Origin: Antedon mediterranea
Taxonomy: Eukaryota; Animalia; Echinodermata
Length of the DNA stretch: 64,000 nucleotides
Assembly: GCF_964355755.1 (NCBI RefSeq)
Contig: NC_092670.1
Coordinates: 6,190,201 to 6,254,200, forward strand
Direction of reading: 5' to 3'
In this document: positions 24,501-34,660 of the stretch, in pieces
Numbering within the stretch: the first letter of the stretch is position 1
Layout: every line of letters begins with the position of its first letter
Notes under the pieces: model-generated
Databases searched by the model: none
Told to the model about the DNA's origin: nothing
The model's input: only the letters and a program-made list of their open reading frames with translations
Position numbers and translations under genes: made by a program

Positions 24501-27500
24501 GAGCAGTTATTAAGATCAGAGAGAGTATTATGTTTCATGTCATGTGACACAAAATCCAGGTACACGATCTTAATTACTGTTTATCGTCGGCAACCACCCT
24601 CACATACTGAGTTAAAAAAAAAAACATGTGAGATGTTGCGGTAAAGCAGAGAGTATCGCGTTTCATGCCATGTGACCAAAAAAACTAGGTCTGTATAATT
24701 ACGGTCTTCTGACGGCAGTCTTTTTGAGCTACCGATTGAACGTTCTGATACTATATTTAGAATGAATTGTTTACGATATTTTTCTCGCAACATCAAAGAT
24801 CGTATGCGCGCCTAGCCTATCGGGGGTGGCCATAACAAAGATCGTTTGCACGACTATATATAGACTGTGTGTTGTATTCGGGGTTAATATTCTTATCATT
24901 ATATATATTTTTATGACGCAATGTAACAGGTTGGGGAGCGCTATTTTAGGCGCTCCTTTGATCGTTTTCAGGAGCGCCAAAGAGCGTCAGCGCCATGGCG
25001 CTCCTTTTAAATCAAGGTCTGCATTATATATATACTGTATCTGAATTTGAAGTGACAAATTTGTAATTAAATAGAGAAACTTTTGACAAATATCTAAGTC
25101 GTACCTTTATGTAACTTATCTTCTACATCTTGCTGTAACTGTAGTACACTCGTCAAACGCACTGGGCTATGATGGGAACGATTATGAAGGTCATCTGCAT
25201 TTCCTGCTTCAGTTGAGGTTGTGTTTGTAGGAATAGTACTGTCTTGCATTTCAATATCATCCTCCTCTTCTTCTTCGCAGCAAAGCTCATGCGGTCGTTT
25301 TCTGACGCTGTTAAAAAATGTGTTTTATCTTATTCTTAATCACTTCCAACAGCAAGACCATAGGTAGACAGATATCTTAAAATGTATTTATTGTTACAGT
25401 ATAAGTAGTGCAGTTTGGTACTGCATAGGTACAAGCCTGGACTTTGGATTAAAATGCCAATACACTGTATTTAATCACCAAACCTCTCCACTGAGGAATA
25501 CAGTTTGTATGAGAAAGGTAAAACTGACTTAACATAGGGATAAGTGTATGTTTCAGATGTTCTGGTTCGGGAATCATCAACAAGTAATTTATGTGTAACC
25601 CTGATTAGGGGTTGGTCATACAGTAGTGGTAAAACAGACATTGCCCCTTGTTCATTTCATGAGAAAGTATTCTTAATAGAATTGTCCTAAAGGAGACCAA
25701 ATAAGATAATACACAGTTCTCAAAACCAACAATTTGAAACAACTTGCCGGAATAAATTGAAACTTTACACATGCATTCACATGTTCACATTCACTGTTGA
25801 TAATTCTTGCACTGATCCTGATCAAGGAACTCAGTTTATTTTAAACCAAAATTATCAAACAATGTGATACTGTACCTGCTAGTTACAGGAGGGTCTATAA
25901 CCATTTTATCAGATTGACTACTTTCATTGCTATAGTAAACGGCCTTGCTGCTATGGCCGCCATCTTGATTTTTTGCCTGTTGCTGTCCGTCATCTGTAGA
26001 CTGAACAACTTGCATGCTTGACTTCTCACCAGCCATAAATGCATCAAGTTTCTGTAACTTGTCATCGGTACGAACCATCTGATGTGCATAAACTTTATCC
26101 TTTGAACTTTGACCTTCAGAGTTCTTGATAGGCTCTTTGACATTTATTTGAGAACTGGGTAAAAGAGTCTAAAATAAACATGAATATCTATACAATGAAT
26201 TTATATATTTAATACTGAAGTATACATAGCTAGTTCTAAAGGTAAGGTAATGATTTATGAACAAATGTCCATTTTCTTAGCATTTGTTATTGTTCTAAAA
26301 CCTGCTTTGGGCATCTGGACAGGAAATGGTGAACTGAATTGATATATTTAATCATGATACTTGGATGATAGATGAAGACTGAACGTTTAAATCGACTTGA
26401 TACCACCCTGAAAATGATGTTTATTCTAAGCTTATACGCATGTACTGATTATTAATCATTTGAAGAAAAAACTAATATTATTTTACAAATACTATATACA
26501 TTACCTGTGCAAAGAAAGTGCGAGAAGCATTGCAACCAATCAGTTTTTGTTCTACGCATTTTTGTATATCTTCTATAATAGCGCCCTCATGCAGAAAATG
26601 TACTTCATATTTGGTTGGATGAACATTTACATCAATGTTTGCAGGATTTATTTCCAAACTGGAACAAAATTAAAACATTATAACGCTTTGTTACACTGGT
26701 GACAATAATATAGTGCATCATCATAATATCTGTCCGCATGGTCACATCCATTAACCAACTTTCACAAATTTGGACCCTGTTAATTACTAAAAAGTGGTAG
26801 ATCTGCAGTTATAAATGTACTTCACATTTAGATGGATGAATATTTATATCAATATTTGCAGGATTTATTTCCAAACTGGAACAAAATTAAAACAACAGAA
26901 ATTAAACATAACGCTTCATTACACTGGTGACAATAATATATTGCAGAACTGTCCGCATGGTCACATCCATTAACCGACATCACAAAAATGGACCCTGCTA
27001 TAAGAGGTTAATTAAGCTGCTATTTTGTGGAAATAGTTCACTGAATTGAAATACAGTTACATCTTTTAGAAATCAGTCTTTATTTGGGCTGGCTCACATT
27101 GTCAAGATTTTCAATATTTAATTTATGATTTTCAAATTTGAGTTTTTCCAATATATAAACAACAATAATAACTCACACGATTACAAATATCAGATAAAAA
27201 GCAGAACAATATCTATACTATCTATTTTTTGTTTCCTTCATTCTCTTTTTTTTTTAATATTTGAATCTACAAAATATAAAATACATTTTTTAGAAATGTT
27301 ACCTCATATACATAAATGGATGCATGTGTTTTGGTAGGTAAGCAGAATACACCGTTTCAATCGCCTTCTTCAAAGGTGAACAATCAACAAGACGATCTGC
27401 AGAAATAATCAATAATACCAACTGAAAATGTTGTCATATTATCTCTATGTGTCTGTCATGTGCTTTAGGCAGGTAAGAGTTTAAGCAGAGATATTCCCTC

Positions 27501-30500
27501 AAAATGTTACAATTATACGTTGACATGTGTTTGGGACTTGCCATTTATGCTGTTTATAAGGTGACTTTTAGTTTATTTCTTTTGTTTATTTATATCAAGG
27601 TGAATTTATTCACTATCCTTTTTAAAGGAGTAAATCCTGTTCACAAGATAAACATGTACAAGATACTACATAAAGTCGTATTACAAGTATTTGGGAGTGG
27701 CATTGTATATTGTCATTAGAAAGTCCTGAAATATGACAGGACTTAACTCAGGACCCTTGGATTGGTAGCCAAGCATCATAACCACCAAGCCACACCTCCA
27801 ATCTTTATAGCTGTTTACCTCTAACTATATATTAGGCAATCATTACCATGAACATGACTTGACATGATTAAAGAGTAGGAACTGGGTCTATACAAGGTTG
27901 CAATCAAATTTGGCCCCGTTTCTGCTGCCAAAAATATACCGTATCAGGGAATAATTTCGCCAGTGTAGCATAGCAAAAAGCTATACAAAACAACCTTATT
28001 GCTACACATTTGTACAATTGTGTAGCAAAAAATACAATACAAAACTATATGTTTCTCGAATCAAAAATCAGTTTGATTAGCAATATTGCTAAACAAAATT
28101 TTGAAATGAAATTTTTCCCTGCGTATATATACGGTATATTTTATATACGGTATATTTTTTGGCAGCAGAAATGGGTCCCATAAAAAATATACCGTATATA
28201 TATGCGGTATATATACCGCATAAATATCCCCATCGTTTGTGGATATTATACGGTATATTCCAAAATATACCGTATATTTCGTACCCCGTATATTTCGTAC
28301 CCCGTTTCTGCTGCACTCAAAATATACCGTATATGTGACCCGGCCCATGACACAAGGTCAAAAACTAACAGAGCGTGACGCGTTTGTTTGGTTTTTCTGC
28401 TGCATTGACACACATATGTATAAGCAAGCAACAGATCAAAATATCACTGTGGACTGAAGAAATAACTATTTTTGCAATTCAATTGTGGGGAGAAGCGAAG
28501 GTTGGGGGAGACTGCATGGTAACAGAAGAGATACCGAGATTTACAAAAGTAAAAGCAGAATTTGTGGTAGACTTAATAACGCCAAAGTTATCGGCAAACA
28601 TCGTCATCTTCTTTGCATAAATCTAGTCAATGCCCATTCTACATTTCTAGATTGTTTGTGCGGTGTAAATTCGTTGCCACTTCTGCTCATTAGATTTAAA
28701 ATAGAAAGCAATGCTACGACGTTTTGAGAAACCATCATTGTTTTGTTTTTGTCATGTAACCTCACTACACGAGACTCTAGGTCAATCCATACTTCCGTCT
28801 AACGAAATGCTTTTTGGGTAATGAAAGCCTACTTTTTTACAGCCCACCCACGAAGTATGTGCAGCGGAAACGGTGCACGAATTTCATATACGGTATATTT
28901 ATACGGTATAGTTGGGATTGGCAGTAGAAACAGGGCCCATTAATGAGTTTTCAAGGACCGTTATATAAATGTACAATCTTTTTTAGTCAATAACTGCATC
29001 TGGTAATTATTTCACTTACGGTTAATGAAAAGTAAAAAAATACACTTTTTCATGGAGTAATTAGCATTGGTAATTTGACCTTTCATTTTATATCCTAATT
29101 TGGGATTTTCTTGTGATACTTCCAACAGCTCTCTGCAAAAAAAAAAACAAAAGATATATTAATGTGCAGCTCGCACCGTAAAGACTTTGTCTTAAGCTCT
29201 GTCTACACTGCCAAACTTTATGTGACAAAAAAATTTGATGTGCCCAAATATGGACATGATGATGTCATATCACTACACTATCATGTTTGGGCACATCACA
29301 CTTCTTTTTAGTTTGATGGTGTAGACAGCTTAAATAAGCTAGGTAAACTGGACATCACATGCTCTGAACATACCCTAAGATTCATATCCACCGCCACTAA
29401 AGTGAGCTCACATCATCAGCCCCTTCTCATAGAACTAACCCACTAATCATGAAAAAAAAAGGTTTGAGTATTTTTAGCAAGAGCCCTATGATCGAGATAA
29501 CAATTTTCAGGGACCTAGGCACTCATTTTATAATTTTGGCCAACAAGGGGTGTTTTTTTGTCTTTCATCCAAGATTGAAATATGAAATGACAACTATTGC
29601 TAATTTTCACACTCACACTAGAAACCCATTCTACTCATATAAGTCATCCGAAAGTGTCATCCATCACTAAAACTTCCTAATCAAATTAATTAATTAAAGC
29701 ATAATCATTAATAATTAAATAATAAAAACTGAATATGGATTTTTTGAATTTATTTAAAAACTTGTTTTTTTTAATAATTGTTCATTCAAGTTGAACTTTC
29801 ACCCATTTGAATAATAAAATTATAATTTCTGAATTCACCTAGCAACAGAAGGTCCATAAATAATTCTGATGTTGTCAACAATAGTGGCATTCTGGGATGT
29901 GCGGACATCAGCTGTACTTTCACCTTGCTATTGAAAATTAGAAAAAAAAAAACTATTAATAAAAAAACTACTGTATTAATAACTTATAGTAAACCCAATG
30001 TTGAAAGCAAAATATGTGATGATAATAATCAAATGGCAAGGATATGTTAACAATTTTCTGTGTACAGCACTTTGGTTTATTGGAAAAGCACTTAATAAAT
30101 AATAATAATTGATATTCAATTGTTTCATATTATTATAAGTGATTACTAAGGTTTCTATTCCGTCTCTTACCACATTCTCGCATTACCCCTGAAGAGAAAA
30201 CAAAAACATAAACATTTGTTGGTACCTTTTTAAGCGTGAAGCTAACACCTGAATTGTGAATGGCGTATTTACTGACGACCTCTGTGACCTTGGCGTGCTC
30301 TTCACTTGGACTCTTCAACGCTTTTCTTCTGGTGGCTATGTTGTAGAACAGATCTTCTACCTTAATTATCAATAAATAATTGAATTAATAATCACTGTAA
30401 AAAATGGAAAAACAAATTATAAAACCTCTGTCTTAGAGTGATAATTTGTGGAAACCATTTGCAAATAAATACTTACTGTAATCTGTGTCCCTTTATTGCC

Positions 30501-32558
30501 AGCACAAGGTTTTAATACAGACTTCAGCTTGCCATCTAAATACGATCCTCTAGAAAATCATCAAAATAGAATAATTCTCTGAATAAATATTAACAAATAA
30601 ATCTAAATAAATTTTGTATAAGACGTTTTGAGCAAATTATTGCAATACTTACTTGTATGCACATTTTGAATCTTGGGTTTTGGTTGTTATAGCAACATGA
30701 GCAACGTGGCTAATACTAGCAAGGGCCTAGATAGGAAAGAAAGATGTTTATAATAATAATAATATTTATTCGGTCATCAATGTAAAAATAACCAGGAATG
30801 AGAATAGGCTAAAGCCCAAACAGATTCTGCACTCACTCCATACAATACAAACAGTTAAGATAAAACCATATACAAGAAAAATACAAATAAACTATACATA
30901 ACATGAAATATAGTGTTTTGTTAGAGCAGCCTTAAATATTGAAATGGTTTGTGAATCTTTTATGTCATTTGGTATTTGCTCCCATAGTCTAGGAAAGGAA
31001 ACAAATACAGAATTATGAAAAGTATTGCCTTTTTTGTCAACTATATTAACATAATAACCTTTTAAAAATGTGATAAACGTCCATTACACCGAGATTATGT
31101 ATGGTTAAGGTCAGGAAAGCGACTACGTAGCACACTATGTAGAACAGATATCTAAATTCATTAGTTTCTTTTTCCATCCATGCTTTCAATGCATTGAAAA
31201 ATACTGTTAAATCACATTGTAGTTTATTTTGTGTAGTGTATCTTTATTACAAATCTTTACTTGTTTATATTTATTTTAATTATTTATATTTTATTATTGT
31301 ATTTTTATGTGACCGATTGTGCCTGTCATGAATTACCGCAAGGACCAAATGAAATAAAAGTTTAGGGGCTCAGTGAAAAAAATGATACTTTCAAGTATAA
31401 ATAACTTTCATGTACCGTAAATGTTATATTAACAGTGGAAAGCTTAAAATAAAGATGGGTGGGTATTGCCGTTCACCTCCACCTTGCACAATTACACCCT
31501 TGACATGGTAATGGTAATTGGTGGAGCATCTATATAAATTTTAATTTGTGGTGTTATTATTGTACCTCTCCTCTAAAACCGTACGTTGAGATGCTCGTTA
31601 GGTCCTCAAAATGTCTCAATTTACTAGTGGTAAAGCGCTCGCACACGATTTCCATATCTTCTTTCTGTAATGAAAATGTAAAAACAATAGAGATAGAATG
31701 TGAACTATGGTAACATCATTAAAAATTGACGAGTTGGGTAGTCAATTTTCCATGTTTCTCCCTCTATTACAAGCTTTGCATTTTACCAGCAGGAACACAC
31801 ACACATACTTACTCGTATACCTGTGCCATTATCCTGAATCTGCAGTAATTTCAGACCACCAGATTTGACAGTTACCTGAATACTTGTAGCCTTGGCATCC
31901 AAACTATAAAGCAAACGTATAATTTACCAATTATAGTTTGTAGAATGTATATTTGCCTGAATAAATAAATAATATTAATAAACACTAAGAAATAAAATTC
32001 AGAATAAGCATGGCTAAAGGGATCATTTATACTACTACTGGAGATGACAGGTACCATTCTCAAAACACCCCTAAAAAGAAAGTAGAAGAGTCCAGGAAAA
32101 CTTGTAGCCTTTTCACACTACATGTTATAAGTTGTATACAAACCTCCTGAGATATTGTATTGTTTTCACACATGATGACAATCGCTTTGAAATCTCAGTA
32201 GTCAACAATTTGTTTGGGGGAGGGAGGGAGGGAGGGAGGGGGGGGGGGGGGGAGGGGGTGGCTGTATTGTGTGAACTGTAGGCCTATCAGTACCAAATAA
32301 AAGTGGATATTTTTAACATGGACATTCCAATGAACAAAGTATATATTTAAATGTATATGCACTGAGGAGTGTTGTATTGTTTTGAATGTAGGCCTATCAA
32401 TACTAGACAAGTGGATATTCTAATAAATAAAAACATAACATTATCTTTTACCAATTTTCAATCATCTCTTTGAGGGCATTTGCTGGTCTTTGTATTACCT
32501 CGCCTGCTGCTATGCGATTCACAACAGTTTCATCAAGTTTTCGGATTACTTCAGCCAT
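15559..32558 (-). CDS. MLH1: DNA mismatch repair protein MLH1 (MutL homolog 1), complete, 18 coding exons, 741 aa
   Basis: Exons (minus strand): 32558-32452, 31903-31813, 31664-31566, 30726-30653, 30549-30477, 30360-30226, 29927-29839, 29132-29020, 27396-27303, 26658-26505, 26168-25876, 25307-25105, 23138-23030, 22924-22861, 17156-16992, 16329-16237, 15919-15830, 15738-15559. Total 2226 nt, all GT-AG and in phase. Motifs: [76 protein letters not shown] and terminal LYKVFERC. Confidence 0.97.
17452..21471 (+). mobile_element. Apparently full-length single-ORF L2-group (Crack-like) LINE, antisense in MLH1 intron 14
   Basis: ~500-bp 5' region, intact 1089-aa ORF, 3' UTR stem AGGACCTCATTGGAAACAAG...TTATGAGTTATCCT, AATAAA and (AAATC)n tail at 21447-21471. 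5' boundary approximate. No TSD found. Confidence 0.9.
17961..21230 (+). CDS. LINE polyprotein: N-terminal leader, 2A-like peptide, APE endonuclease, reverse transcriptase
   Basis: [13 protein letters not shown] (aa 102-114). APE motifs [46 protein letters not shown] motifs [45 protein letters not shown]. Confidence 0.95.
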   Translation: MTFSMASFIIHASVLVLLINNVKHFQLVDQFFNATAEERYDISAIFTRCKHSNANFAVAATSVIFVSPAYIYSSGNYQTRKNTSHIHRTFDLRGKGLLFAILLKCGDISPNPGPGIHLNVEEDFNVFKEKGLHFIHLNVRSILPKMSELRLLAIKTNAAVISICETMLDNTVPDAELNIEGYNVFRRDRNRSGGGVCFFVKERLSIRERRDLDSESIESIWMEILLPRTRPIVVGSIYRPPSQSYKLFIDSFENILAAIRPDVEVIVLGDFNINLKNESASIYKMLETTLETFSFTHLIKEPTRITKYTSTVLDIIICNHSQKILQSGVIHVGISDHSLTFCTRKSLKYKFNQHKTIKIRSLKNYDVNIFNEQLTQSDWSPVLDSSDVDFAWCSFKKIFLSLINRMAPLKQVRLKQKSEEWMTPEILSAIKERDSILNKFKNNPNRPDLYDAFRKLRNRIQKDIKKAKSECFLNKVEVNKNNPNKLWKCLKDLGYKNKPQKGSTVSLDVNGNLCHNESEVSNYFNKYFANIASDLMKKLPSPSNLFSVGSNAFKNYYNSKIKHVSGFSLEEIDESLIEEELRNLNPSKSVGLDQIPAKFLRDGAPNIKIPITHIINLSIKYERIPSDFKLAKVTPLHKKNSRTEANNYRPISILSSVSKILEKVVYIQVSDYLERNQLIYDHQSGFRRSFSTDTCLIHLRDHLRVQMSNGLFTGMVLLDVQKAFDSVNHDILCKKLKYLGCRSIGWFQAYLSGRNQIVDIKGTKSNSIEIGCGVPQGSLLGPLLFLIYVNDLPSSIESDCKVVLYADDCAIFYSHKDPIAIQSKLQNNLVSCNNWLIDNQLSLHMGKTECILFGSKRRLSKVNEFYIDCFGTTINGSKSIKYLGIEIDQNVSGDVIARSVINKANGRLKFLYRQSSFLNSHCRKILSFALIQPMFDYSVCSWSSTVNKNLKSKLQTTQNKMVRFIKKLGPRSHVGQSQLNDVGMLKVQDRVEFLRACHVFKIYNHCCPPYLCNRFIRISDSHNYNTRGCNFNFRIPTIKPMAHVTFFYNAIKEWNNLPINIKESQTVCCFKSKVKKYLQERSLALETLN
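23368..23465. repeat. TACA/TATA-based ~17-bp minisatellite
   Basis: ACATTATACATACATAT repeated about 5-6 times. Confidence 0.85.
26809..26998 (-). repeat. Diverged tandem duplicate of the MLH1 intron 9 / exon 10 junction (partial pseudo-exon)
   Basis: Copies 26597-26780, including the acceptor TTGTTCCAG. Translates [24 protein letters not shown] versus the real [21 protein letters not shown]. Confidence 0.9.
27590..27800 (-). mobile_element. Degenerate tRNA-derived SINE (related fragment at ~23200-23365)
   Basis: Minus strand begins GGAGGTGTGGCTTGGTGG (A box)...GGGTCCTGAGTTAAGTCC (B-box-like) and ends in an A/T-rich tail. Confidence 0.5.
27911..28938. mobile_element. PIF/Harbinger-derived element with a frameshifted Myb/SANT-like (trihelix) ORF relic
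   Basis: TIRs (T/G)GGCCC(C/T)GTTTCT(G/A)CTGCCAA, ATT on both flanks, many ATATACCGTATAT subterminal motifs. Internal [18 protein letters not shown] / [11 protein letters not shown] at 28450-28545. Confidence 0.7.
29195..29330. mobile_element. MITE family A copy 3
   Basis: AGCTCTGTCTACAC...GTGTAGACAGCT flanked by TTA/TAA. Confidence 0.8.
30749..31031 (-). mobile_element. 5'-truncated LINE 3' end, nearly identical to 47149-47505
   Basis: Encodes ..[40 protein letters not shown], then 3' UTR and (TAT)n tail. Confidence 0.8.
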
Positions 32559-33904
32559 TTTAACTTGTCTGCTTTACTTTACTAAAACAAAATGTAAAAT
32601 CTTCAGGGTTAAGAATAAGATGATAGCGGTCAAGAATAAGATGATAGCGGTCACATTTGAAATCAACAGTTTTTATTTTAGATGCGATAAAATCAACTTC
32701 TGGTATTTTTATCTAAAGTATTGTTAGGATAAATTAGTTATTTTACCAACACCATGTGGATATTATTTATTTAGTAACTGAATATTTTATAAATAATATT
32801 CATATTTACTTTTTAAAATAATACAGAGGTTTAAAAACTTTTTAATCTCAATATAGGCCTAGGCCTATTATTTGAATTTCTATATTAAAGGCGAATTTAA
32901 ATAAAATACAGCATGCCCCATGCAAATTAGCACTAAAAAATAAAACAATTTTGTAATTGCGATTATTTTGTTTTATAATGACTATACTTTTCTTGTCTTT
33001 TGAATGTATATTGTTCCTTACCATGCAATTCAGCAGATTTGCTGCCAATTGGTTTGTTTTTAATAAAGAATAAATAATAATAATAAAAAAAACGTGAACT
33101 GATTTCAAACGCCACCGATATGATAAACAGCGTACGTAGGAGGCCTATCTAATCTCCTAGGCTAAATAGATCGGTTTGTTGATTTTTACGCGACCAAAAT
33201 AAAATGTGACCGATATTATTATAGATTAGTAGATGCGTCTAATAAGAGGCTTTCTAAAACGACTCCAAGCTATAGGTCTATTTAGAAATATAGGCTACCT
33301 ACTAGGCCTAGCCTAAGACTATTCAGTTTTGCTACTAAACTTGTCATGCCCCATGGCTACCCCTCTCTCTAGACTCTAGCAAGCTAGGCCTAGGCCTAGC
33401 CTGTTGTTGACAACACTATCCTATTATTGACTGTTGTGTTGTTGTTGTTGGCAGCAGTGGGTGTTACTTGGGTCCATTACAGGTTCTAGCCAGCAGGTGG
33501 TATTTAGTTTACCTGCTTGAAAAGCATACTAATTAACTAAGTTACATTAAATCTAGGCCGAGGCCTAGGCCTAGACCTTCATAATTTATGAATTTAGACT
33601 TCTGTATTTTACCGCCATGCTTGTTTGTGTTTTTATTGAATGTTATGATTTTTTCTTCAACACAGAGGGCGCATTTGTAAATCAAAGATCAGAACCATTT
33701 GACCTCGGAGGTATATTCAGAGTGTCATTCTGACGACTGAAGCATTCTCTACTTCTCTACGGAGCGCCATTTATGCCTTTACTAACTTCAATAATAGAAA
33801 TAGTACTGTAACGGTAACTGCTCAAGTGGACCAAATTTAGCACCAGGGTAGCACAGTGATATAAAATAGAAATAAAAGTCACTACTTTTAATATCGTTTC
33901 GTAT

Positions 33905-34660
33905 ATAGCCATATCACAAACTGACAAACAGAAACATCTTGGCATTCACATTGATTAAAATTTATCTTTTTCTCAATGTAAATAAACTCCGTTCCAAACT
34001 GGCTTGTCCATCTCCATCTTATCGCGTGCTCGGTCATTTTATTAATAAACACACATCCATACTCCTCTATAACACTATAATCCTCCCACACATTGACTAT
34101 TGATGTAGTGTTTGGGGAATCAGATCGAATATTGACCGAATACAGACCATTCAAAATAGAGCACTTCGCATTATCCTTAATTAGCTCATCCTCTCACACC
34201 ACGAACTAACATTTACAACACCTTAAATCTTCATACAGTCCAAGATAGCATGCATCTACAACTGGGCTGCCTTGCCTACAGGTCTGCAAATGGTCTTGCT
34301 CCGGAATACCTTGCCCTGCGTCTTGCCAGAATTCCAAATCATCGATGTACCCGAAGTGTCGTCAGTGAGAGGAAATTTGTCGTCCCTTTCCCTAAAACTG
34401 AAACTTTTAGCTAAACTAAACTAAGAAATGCGGTAACAATAAATAATTTTAAGTCTGCTCTAATATTTAATCCCAAAAGAAAAAACTCAACGTTTTGTAT
34501 AGTATTGTAGGCTATATTTTTGTATTTAAGTACATATATATTATATATTTTTATATTTTTTTAACATAGCTAGTTCATCCGTTTTTTCATATATGTTTTT
34601 TTGACTGTCTGCATATGCTGTTTAGGGTCACCCTCACAAAATAAGGTTTAATAAAAGAAT
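33905..34660 (+). mobile_element. Degraded LINE (L2/CR1 group) 3' fragment inserted in the left arm of the foldback element
   Basis: LYNTIILPHIDY*CSVWG, IQTIQNRALRIIL, LAYRSANGLAPEYL, then AT-rich UTR with AATAAA. Confidence 0.65.

Noticed and set aside
23795-25021. hAT-like TIR pair (ACCTTGATTTA..AGGAG)
   Set aside because: The left end is too degenerate and no TSD is visible. Probably TE-derived, but boundaries are unsupported.
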